Virus record (IMG/VR): IMGVR_UViG_3300042894_000686
Location: 1 to 33,684 of that record
DNA: 33,684 bases
Reading direction: 5' to 3' (one strand)
Source of the DNA: a virus
Taxonomy: Duplodnaviria > Caudoviricetes
Positions 26,547-33,684 of this stretch are shown one piece after another. How positions within the stretch are numbered: position 1 is the stretch's first letter; each line of letters begins with the position of its first letter. The notes under the pieces were generated by a model. The model saw nothing but the letters and a program-made list of their open reading frames with translations. It searched no databases and had not been told where the DNA came from. The position numbers were made by a program, and so were the translations under genes.

Positions 26547-27191
26547 TTAAAATAGTTTTTGTTGTGATACATGATTTTTAATTCTTTTAATTGCTGAATC
26601 ATAATATTCCTTATCCAATTCACATGCAGTCAATTCAAATCCATAATCATGACATGCAATTGCAATTGATCCGGATCCTAAATGTGTATCCAAAATTTTA
26701 TCACCTTGTTTAGCATATTTGTCTAAAATCCATTTATATAATAATATTGGTTTTTGTGTTGGATGTTGTGTTCCGCCATCAACAATTAATTGATTTCTAT
26801 TTATTATTTTTCTACGCAAAGCAATTTCAAATGATGTAAATGCTAATTCGCCATCACTCATTGTCAAATCTTGTCCTTTATCCCAAAATATCCAACCCAT
26901 TGAAGATGGCAAATATTGAGTAAAATAATTTGCACCCCAAATTATTTGATTTTTACTTACTCTAAAAAGTTGATCAAAATATTCTTTTTTTGGAATTTCA
27001 TTATCCCATCCTTTATTTTTAAAATATTTTCTTTTATGTTTTGGATTTTTAGTAATAATTTGTCTTTGTCCACTTCTATTTATTCCATATGGTGGATCAA
27101 CAATTGCCAAATCAAAATATTTATCCGGATAACGTGACATTAATTCCATGTTGTCCTCGTTTGTTATAGTTATTTTTTCTGTTACATTCAT
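26547..27191 (-). CDS. DNA amino-methyltransferase (N6-adenine or N4-cytosine), beta class
   Basis: DPPY near the N-terminus, HPTQKP, LDTHLGSGS near the C-terminus. Confidence 0.92.
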   Translation of the reverse strand: MNVTEKITITNEDNMELMSRYPDKYFDLAIVDPPYGINRSGQRQIITKNPKHKRKYFKNKGWDNEIPKKEYFDQLFRVSKNQIIWGANYFTQYLPSSMGWIFWDKGQDLTMSDGELAFTSFEIALRRKIINRNQLIVDGGTQHPTQKPILLYKWILDKYAKQGDKILDTHLGSGSIAIACHDYGFELTACELDKEYYDSAIKRIKNHVSQQKLF

Positions 27192-28543
27192 TATTTTCTG
27201 TTTTTAAATACCATCATTGCCCATCCTGGTTTATATCCTCTATTACGTTCTATTTTTAATAATTCATCCATTGTTCGTGCTTTGCCTATTTCCATTCGTT
27301 TTTGTTTTTTTACGATTCCGATTTCAACCAATTCACCATCTGTTTTTTCAATTACACGTTCTTTTTGTTCAACCTCGGTACCACATAATGGACAAATATT
27401 TTTATGCTGAAATGTATAAAAACACGATTTACATGTTTTAATTAAAATATTTTTTTCACCGGATTTCCTTTTACTTTTTTTAACGGCATCCAACGACCAT
27501 TCACGATCATCACATGGATGTCCATGTTTCAATGTATTACCTACATGATCCAAAACAATTGCAAATTCTTTACCTTCAAACGGCCTTAATCCACGGCCTA
27601 TTTGTTGCAAATATAATGATTCTGATATTGTAGGCCTCAATAACATAACACATCCAACGGCCGGAATATCGGTTCCCTCGGATATTAAATCACATGATGT
27701 GATTACATTAATTTTACCGGTATATAAATCATTCAATATTTTATCAATTTCCAATTGTTTCATTCCACCATGAACCGATTTTGCAATTATTCCGGAATTA
27801 CAAAATTCTAATGAAACATGTTCGGCATGTTTTACAGATACACAAAACACTATTCCTGGTAATCCATTACACATCTTTTTATAATGTGATACGACATCAC
27901 CGGTTATTTTTGGCCGATTCACGGCATTTTCTAATTGATTTCGATTATAATCACCACCGGTAATTTTAACCTGGCTTAAATCGATATTTGTCGGTGGAAC
28001 ATAAATCCTCGGTGATACCAAATATTTATTATCAATCAAATTATTAATCGATGATCCGATTATCATATCATCAAACATATCAGATAAACCAACACCATCC
28101 GTTCTGCATGGTGTTGCCGTAACTCCCAAAACTTTAGCATCCGGATATGCATTTATAATCTTTTTGTATGTTGATGCCGTTGCATGGTGGCATTCATCAA
28201 TAATAATTAAATTTGGACAAAATTTGTCCAATCGATTTACCATTGTTCCAATTTTTGCAATTTGACAATTATACGTATAATTTGCACCATATCCGGCACC
28301 AATCAAACCATGTCGAACTCCAAATTGTGTCAATGTTTTTGATGTCTGTTTAAATAATGAATCACGATGCACCAATATCAATACATTATTATTTTTCTGT
28401 ATTGTGGCATGTGCAATGTAACTAAAAATAATCGTTTTACCACCACCGGTTGGTAATACTAAAATCGGTGATTTATAGCCATTTTTGTATGATTCACGTA
28501 TTTTATAAATGGCATCTTTTTGATAATCTCTTAAAACAATCAT
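27191..28543 (-). CDS. SF2 DEAD/DEAH-box helicase with C-terminal zinc finger
   Basis: LRDYQ, PTGGGKT, DECHH, TATP, SEGTDIP, QQIGRGLR, CKSC...CPLC. Start set at ATG 28543. Confidence 0.93.
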   Translation of the reverse strand: MIVLRDYQKDAIYKIRESYKNGYKSPILVLPTGGGKTIIFSYIAHATIQKNNNVLILVHRDSLFKQTSKTLTQFGVRHGLIGAGYGANYTYNCQIAKIGTMVNRLDKFCPNLIIIDECHHATASTYKKIINAYPDAKVLGVTATPCRTDGVGLSDMFDDMIIGSSINNLIDNKYLVSPRIYVPPTNIDLSQVKITGGDYNRNQLENAVNRPKITGDVVSHYKKMCNGLPGIVFCVSVKHAEHVSLEFCNSGIIAKSVHGGMKQLEIDKILNDLYTGKINVITSCDLISEGTDIPAVGCVMLLRPTISESLYLQQIGRGLRPFEGKEFAIVLDHVGNTLKHGHPCDDREWSLDAVKKSKRKSGEKNILIKTCKSCFYTFQHKNICPLCGTEVEQKERVIEKTDGELVEIGIVKKQKRMEIGKARTMDELLKIERNRGYKPGWAMMVFKNRK

Positions 28544-28560
28544 ATATTTTTTTGTTGTTA

Positions 28561-28594
28561 TTTGCACAAATATAAAATAATACTTTTATATTTG
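28561..28594. promoter_or_regulatory. Overlapping divergent Bacteroidota-type promoters
   Basis: Plus strand: TTTG (28561-28564) and TATATTTG (28587-28594). Minus strand: TATATTTG (28574-28567) upstream of the helicase. Confidence 0.6.
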
Positions 28595-28625
28595 CATCAT
28601 TATTTAATTAAAATTACACAACAAA

Positions 28626-29117
28626 ATGGAAAAAACACATTGGAGAAAATTAAAAGATACCAATTTTCTCGGATCCTGGGACATCGTAAACAATGAATTG
28701 ATTTTGACAATTAAATCAATTATTACTGAAAACGTACAATCACCGGATGGTAAAACCGAACAATTGCCGGTTATGCATTTTATAGAAAATTATAAACCTA
28801 TGATTTTAAATGCAACCAATTTTAAAAACATTTCAAAGGCTTTAAATTCAAATTTTATTGAGGATTGGATCAATAAAAAAATATCAATTTATGTAACACC
28901 GGTAAAGGCCTTTGGACAAATTACCGATGCATTACGTATTAAACCGAATGCACCAAAAACAGAAAAACCGGTATTGACAATTGATCATCCGAAATATCCG
29001 GATGTTGTTGAAAAAATCAAATCCGGTGAAACAACCATTGAAACGGTAAAACAATATTTTGATTTGCATCCGGCCGTTATTGAGGCCATTAATATTTTAA
29101 CCAAAAAATCCAAATAA
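28626..29117 (+). CDS. Conserved phage protein, putative ssDNA-binding or annealing partner of the exonuclease
   Basis: 'THWRKL...FLGSWD...LTIK...KPMILNATN...IEDW..KKI.IY...DALRI' pattern, directly upstream of the YqaJ gene. Confidence 0.55.
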   Translation: MEKTHWRKLKDTNFLGSWDIVNNELILTIKSIITENVQSPDGKTEQLPVMHFIENYKPMILNATNFKNISKALNSNFIEDWINKKISIYVTPVKAFGQITDALRIKPNAPKTEKPVLTIDHPKYPDVVEKIKSGETTIETVKQYFDLHPAVIEAINILTKKSK

Positions 29118-29119
29118 TT

Positions 29120-29710
29120 ATGCCAAAGATAGGATGTATTACACCATCACAATTCAAAAAAGTTATGACAACATCACGTGGTGGAACCGGATTCGGCCAA
29201 ACTGCATTGACTTATGCCGATGAAATTGTATTGGATATTATCGGTGTTGAACGTGATCAGATTATTGCACCGGCATTAACTCATGGTATCGAAAACGAAT
29301 CACTTGCCGTTGATAGATATCAAGAGGATACATTGAATACTGTAACAATTGTTGATGAACCGATTCAACATCCGGATTATGATTTTATATGTGGAACACC
29401 GGATGGTTTGATTGGATCCGATGGTATTGTTGAAATTAAATGTCCATTTAACTCGGTTAATCACCTGGCAAATTTACGGTGGCAATTTAATCCGGATGAT
29501 ACACAAATTTCGGATTATTGGTGGCAAATTCAAGGATATTTGTGGATCACCAATCGACAATGGTGTGATTTTGTTTCATATGATCCACGATTTCCATATG
29601 ACAAACAAATATCAATTCAACGTGTAAAACGTGATCAATCTGAAATTGACAAATTATCTGAAAAATGTATGTTATTTTGGAACCTGGTTCAATTAAGATT
29701 GCCAAAATAA
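29120..29710 (+). CDS. YqaJ / lambda-exonuclease family protein
   Basis: G.IT.SQF, HGIENE..A, TPDGL, VEIKCP, YWWQIQG.LW.T...CDFVSYDPR. Confidence 0.92.
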   Translation: MPKIGCITPSQFKKVMTTSRGGTGFGQTALTYADEIVLDIIGVERDQIIAPALTHGIENESLAVDRYQEDTLNTVTIVDEPIQHPDYDFICGTPDGLIGSDGIVEIKCPFNSVNHLANLRWQFNPDDTQISDYWWQIQGYLWITNRQWCDFVSYDPRFPYDKQISIQRVKRDQSEIDKLSEKCMLFWNLVQLRLPK

Positions 29711-29734
29711 ATAAAATTTGTGTTTGTGTTAATT

Positions 29735-29766
29735 ACCGGTGTATATCATTTGATTGCACCGGTTTT
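29735..29766 (+). terminator. Terminator after the exonuclease
   Basis: ACCGGTG...CACCGGT stem followed by a T tract. Confidence 0.65.
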
Positions 29767-29771
29767 TAATT

Positions 29772-29800
29772 AAAAAAACCACCGTATAAAATACGATGGT
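29772..29800 (-). terminator. Terminator after the holin
   Basis: Minus strand ACCATCGTAT-TTT-ATACGGTGGT followed by a T tract. Confidence 0.7.
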
Positions 29801-29827
29801 CAACATAAAACACAACAATAAAAATAA

Positions 29828-30277
29828 TTATTTGTCATCGTTTTTGTTTTTCATATCATCTTTGATATCGTTTGTTAGTTTTAATAACTCTTTAAAATAT
29901 TTAATAAGGCTTTTACCTTTTATTATTTTGAATGTTTCATCAATCGATTTAAATTCAATATATATCAATACACATGATAATAATTTTGTCATTAAAAAAT
30001 CAACTTCAATAAACATTTTGGTGAATTCAAATAGGATAAATTTATCCATTATAAAAAACAAAATCACGATTGTTTGATATGCCAAAAATTTTGGAATCAA
30101 TCCAACTCTTAATCGTTTTGATGTCCATTCAACATTTTTAATTTTGCATCTCCAATATGCCATTACCGTGTCAAACATAATAAACAATCCAACACATAAT
30201 AATACACCGTGAATTGGTGATAAAAATGCAATCATTGTTAGTAATGCTGATGTAAATGCACTTTCAATATGTTTCAT
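29828..30277 (-). CDS. Holin (phage_holin_4_1-like)
   Basis: Several TM helices, 'DT..AYW...TSKRLR.G..K...Y' and 'IEFKSIDE' motifs, charged C-terminus. Confidence 0.75.
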   Translation of the reverse strand: MKHIESAFTSALLTMIAFLSPIHGVLLCVGLFIMFDTVMAYWRCKIKNVEWTSKRLRVGLIPKFLAYQTIVILFFIMDKFILFEFTKMFIEVDFLMTKLLSCVLIYIEFKSIDETFKIIKGKSLIKYFKELLKLTNDIKDDMKNKNDDK

Positions 30278-30762
30278 TAGTTAATATTGATATATCTTGA
30301 TAAAATTGTTGATGATGCCGATCCAATCAAACAAAACCAAATCGGTAATGGATGCAAAATACAAATAATAATCCAACAAAACAACCCCACCCAAATGCCA
30401 AAACAGATTGGACATGCACCCATCATTGAATATGGATTCGGTTTCATTTTTGATTCAACCATTTTGTATTCATTTTCAACCTCTTTTAAAAATTGCTTAT
30501 AAACACTATCTGATTCATTGATTGATATATTTTTTAATTTATCATTCAATTCCTTGTCTTTATTTAACTTCCAATAGTCATAAATTGACCATACACGATC
30601 ATTTTCCTTTTGTTCCCATTGTTTATACTTATTGGAAATAAAACGGCCGTAAAACGAAAATATTCGGCCGGAATAGAATTCACCCTGGATTGGTGATCCA
30701 ATACAATAGTGAACAAATTTTATAAAAAATGGAATCGTAATAAAATATAAAATCAGCATCAT
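30277..30762 (-). CDS. Membrane protein with CPxC motif (DUF1360-like)
   Basis: N-terminal and two C-terminal hydrophobic segments, GACPICFGIWVG. Confidence 0.55.
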   Translation of the reverse strand: MMLILYFITIPFFIKFVHYCIGSPIQGEFYSGRIFSFYGRFISNKYKQWEQKENDRVWSIYDYWKLNKDKELNDKLKNISINESDSVYKQFLKEVENEYKMVESKMKPNPYSMMGACPICFGIWVGLFCWIIICILHPLPIWFCLIGSASSTILSRYININ

Positions 30763-30962
30763 ATTTCTTTTGGTATATATTCAATTAACGGTAAATTTTT
30801 TACCCATAATAATTCCGGATTAACACATTGATCAACTTCCTCAATTGATATGATCCAATTATCATTTGCATCCTGGATTGGATTAAAATATGAATCCGGA
30901 TCATATAATTGACCAATCAATTCATTTTTTTGCAATTCTGTTAATAAATAAACGTAAATCAT
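30759..30962 (-). CDS. Conserved small protein downstream of a fibre-like gene
   Basis: LLTE.QK.EL.GQ.Y.PDSYFNPIQD.NDNWIIS.EE. 4-nt overlap with the next gene. Confidence 0.75.
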   Translation of the reverse strand: MIYVYLLTELQKNELIGQLYDPDSYFNPIQDANDNWIISIEEVDQCVNPELLWVKNLPLIEYIPKEI

Positions 30963-30965
30963 AAT

Positions 30966-31751
30966 TTATCGGCCTAATGCCGTATTATAAGTATTAACAA
31001 TATTATAAAAATTCAATGCCTCGTTATCGTTTAACCCTTCACCAACGGATGCAAAACTAAATGTTTTTGCCAAATATGCACTCATTGTATTATTAAAATT
31101 CTTTTGTCCTAATACCGGAATTGTTGCCGTTGATCTTGCAACTGATGCCGTTGTATTTGTTATAATTGCTGATCCATTTTTATATAATTTTCTGCTATTT
31201 GATGCCGTTCTCGATGCACAATAAAAACCACTTGAATCGGTAACAGATGTAAGTAACGTACTTGAATTATCATTAATTTGGTATTGTGTTTGATTTGATG
31301 CATTTCTCGTTATTACTCTCAATCCGGCATTCAATGAACCATCAACAATACCCATTTCGGCATTAGCATTTTGACTGTTTGTTTTACTCCAAAATGATAT
31401 ATGTGTACTATTTAAAAGTAAATTTGTACTCGGTTGTATATATGTTTCACCATATCCATTTGTACCATTACCAACAATACCGTTTGATGTATGTGTTACA
31501 CCACCATTCCAAATAATTCGAAATGCACCATTTGTATCCAATGGATTTTTCAAATTCCATTTATGAAATGATGCCGTACCACCAACAAATGGATATAATG
31601 CATACATTTTTGTCCATAAATTATTGGATTTTAAACTAACAACCAATTGATTTACGGCATTCTTTTGTCCTGGATCAGACAAACCACTTGCAGTAAAAAA
31701 TGCTTGTGCATCAGCATCAAAATATGTAAATTGATATGGATTGATTATCAT
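30966..31751 (-). CDS. Putative virion appendage protein with ConA/LamG-like beta sandwich
   Basis: DADAQAFF.A.G..D...AVN.LV..LK...LW.KM.A.YPFVGG N-terminus, GNGTNGYG.T, 'KLYKNG', T/S/N-rich. Confidence 0.65.
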   Translation of the reverse strand: MIINPYQFTYFDADAQAFFTASGLSDPGQKNAVNQLVVSLKSNNLWTKMYALYPFVGGTASFHKWNLKNPLDTNGAFRIIWNGGVTHTSNGIVGNGTNGYGETYIQPSTNLLLNSTHISFWSKTNSQNANAEMGIVDGSLNAGLRVITRNASNQTQYQINDNSSTLLTSVTDSSGFYCASRTASNSRKLYKNGSAIITNTTASVARSTATIPVLGQKNFNNTMSAYLAKTFSFASVGEGLNDNEALNFYNIVNTYNTALGR

Positions 31752-31752
31752 A

Positions 31753-32805
31753 TTATCTATATCCTATTAAAGTAATTTTTAAACCTTTTGCAGTACCATC
31801 GCCAATTTGATCAATGTCAATTGTAATTTCACTATCATCGGCCAATGATGAATCCGAAATTACTGCCGGTGTCAATGCCGTTTTTGATGTTTTTTCTGTA
31901 TTATCAATTGTCAATTTTGTTGATAGAATTGATGTTCCATTTTCATTGATATCAACCGTAAAAATTGATCCGGATGTTTGTGCCGTTGTTAATGATGCAC
32001 GAACTTCAGTCAATGTGAATGCACATGGTGTTCTAAATGTTACCTTTGATGAACCGGTTGTCAATGATGTTGTTTCATCACTTGCGGCCAATTGGATTTC
32101 AATTGGATTAATAAAAAATTTAATTGCCCAAATTGCACTTCCGGTACTCGCATCATTACAAACATATGTATTTCCATTATCCAATGACCATAAACTTCCA
32201 ATTTGATAACCTTTTGTATTATCATCGGTTGATGTTGGAACATTGTTGAAATTATATAAACTTTGTCTGATTAAATTGCCACTACTGCCCATAACATATA
32301 AAACACCACCTTCCCATTTTAACTCATAGCCAAGACCACAGATTTGTGCAATACCATTATTTCCGCCAAGACCGGCATCAATGGTTCCTTTTTTTAGTCT
32401 TGAATTATTATCAAATAATAAACCATATGTTGTATCAAATACAATATCATTTGATCCGGAATTATTACCAACAATTAAAACTTGACTTAAATTTTGAGAT
32501 CCACCACCACCGGATGTTAACTCAAAAAAAAAATCCGTTGCTAACAACTGTGATAAATCTAAACAATTACCAACAAACGGTATGGATGCACCTGGTAATA
32601 TTTGTGTATCAACTACCAATGCCGGATCAAAATATTCAACCGATCCATTATCCATAATAACTTTTACAATACCGTTTTCATTACATTCAATTTTAATTAT
32701 GTCACTTGACAATGATTTTACAAAATCACCGGTGTCATTATTATATATGAAAACATTGCCATTTAATTCCTTGACAATACTGATCGGAAATGGAAAACAT
32801 GTCAT
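31753..32805 (-). CDS. Modular tail fibre-like structural protein
   Basis: N-terminal ~94 aa domain, GGGG linker, 'QNLSQVL.VGN' and 'PTSTDD.TKGY.IGSLW' fibre-type segments, C-terminal 'ASDETT.LTTG..KVTFR.P...IDIDQIG.GTAKGLK' domain. Confidence 0.68.
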   Translation of the reverse strand: MTCFPFPISIVKELNGNVFIYNNDTGDFVKSLSSDIIKIECNENGIVKVIMDNGSVEYFDPALVVDTQILPGASIPFVGNCLDLSQLLATDFFFELTSGGGGSQNLSQVLIVGNNSGSNDIVFDTTYGLLFDNNSRLKKGTIDAGLGGNNGIAQICGLGYELKWEGGVLYVMGSSGNLIRQSLYNFNNVPTSTDDNTKGYQIGSLWSLDNGNTYVCNDASTGSAIWAIKFFINPIEIQLAASDETTSLTTGSSKVTFRTPCAFTLTEVRASLTTAQTSGSIFTVDINENGTSILSTKLTIDNTEKTSKTALTPAVISDSSLADDSEITIDIDQIGDGTAKGLKITLIGYR

Positions 32806-32829
32806 TTTATTATAAATTTAATTGTTTAT

Positions 32830-33684
32830 TTATCGAATTTCTCTAAATTTTATTGCACCTCTACATGCTTGTGTACCGGATAAACTTTTCATAATTAGTG
32901 TAATTGTACCCAAAACTCTATGATTTCCGGATGCATCCAATGTTATTGGATAACGTGAATTTATTGCCGTATTTGTAACGGTTTTTACACTTCCACTTGC
33001 CGGAACCCATCCACCATCTATTTTAACGGCATATGCACCACTCAATGTACCGGCCGTGTTAAATTCGGTTGATGAATACAATGCACTCACATCATTAAAT
33101 GTTGTTGTACCGGATAACGCTTGACCAACAACCAAATCCCATTGAACCGGTTGATTTCCACCATTGTAAATTTCAACATCAATAAATGATACACGTGATC
33201 TGTTTGTTAAACCACTAAATAATAATTTAGGCCTCAATGTCAATATATGTGTATCTGATGTCAAAACATTTGTTGATCCACTCATTTGTTGAAATGTATA
33301 TCCAAATTGACTTACATCATCTCCACCACCTTCAGAAATAACGGCCGAACATAAAAAATACATTGATGTTGTTGATGTATCGGTACATGTCATTCCACAA
33401 CGAACCGGTAAACTCGCATATGCCAAATATGGTGGTGTAATACTGTTTGAATGTAAAAATTCATGTGCATAAACAATTACACCATTGATATCAAATCCAA
33501 CACGTACACGACCGGCATATAATGCTTGTAAATCAATTACCAATATTTGCACCTTACTGATATCTAAATTAATTCCACTTTTACCGGTACCATCTAATTT
33601 ATCCAAATTCCATTCAGATTGCAATTTTGTCAAATTACCTTGTGATGTTGATGAATACAAATGGAATTGTTTTTCTGTGCCTTT
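32830..33684 (-). CDS. Putative structural protein, start lies beyond the window end
   Basis: Frame is open to 33684. 'QSEWN.DKLDGTG.SGI.LD..K.QI..ID.Q..Y.GRVR.GF' pattern, T/S/G-rich. Confidence 0.7.
   Translation of the reverse strand, partial: KGTEKQFHLYSSTSQGNLTKLQSEWNLDKLDGTGKSGINLDISKVQILVIDLQALYAGRVRVGFDINGVIVYAHEFLHSNSITPPYLAYASLPVRCGMTCTDTSTTSMYFLCSAVISEGGGDDVSQFGYTFQQMSGSTNVLTSDTHILTLRPKLLFSGLTNRSRVSFIDVEIYNGGNQPVQWDLVVGQALSGTTTFNDVSALYSSTEFNTAGTLSGAYAVKIDGGWVPASGSVKTVTNTAINSRYPITLDASGNHRVLGTITLIMKSLSGTQACRGAIKFREIR

Noticed and set aside
24421-27191. Restriction-modification system formed by the methyltransferases and VRR-NUC
   Set aside because: Stand-alone phage VRR-NUC proteins are typically junction-resolving nucleases linked to helicase/primase genes, and two unrelated genes intervene.
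1-33684. Prophage or diversity-generating retroelement
   Set aside because: No integrase, repressor, bacterial flank, reverse transcriptase or template/variable repeat pair was seen. The rest of the genome is outside the window.

Overview
An AT-rich segment of a tailed dsDNA phage genome (Caudoviricetes, siphovirus-like). The host is probably a Bacteroidota bacterium, based on a DUF3127 gene, a BT4734-like primase N-terminus and TAnnTTTG promoters. Most genes are on the minus strand. From left to right: a gpF-like head protein (truncated), a portal with an inserted DnaJ-type zinc finger, a tail tube with an Ig domain, three tail proteins, a spanin-like pair, tape measure, a tail chaperone pair with a clear -1 frameshift site, a plus-strand island with a SprT-like protease, terL/terS, a ~600 bp repeat-rich non-coding region, DUF3127, an amidase, two GH73 glucosaminidases, a stand-alone class II aminoacyl-tRNA synthetase catalytic domain, primase-helicase, VRR-NUC, two DNA methyltransferases, SF2 helicase, a YqaJ exonuclease pair, a holin and fibre-like genes (last one truncated). 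I saw no integrase, repressor, major capsid, DNA polymerase, tRNA or CRISPR array. The most striking unexplained signal is sequence-level. By hand count CCTGG occurs about 50 times on the + strand and CCAGG never, regardless of gene orientation. CCGG is also strongly enriched, and other CCAG/CTGG words are almost absent. All product calls come from motif recognition without database searches, and all counts are manual.
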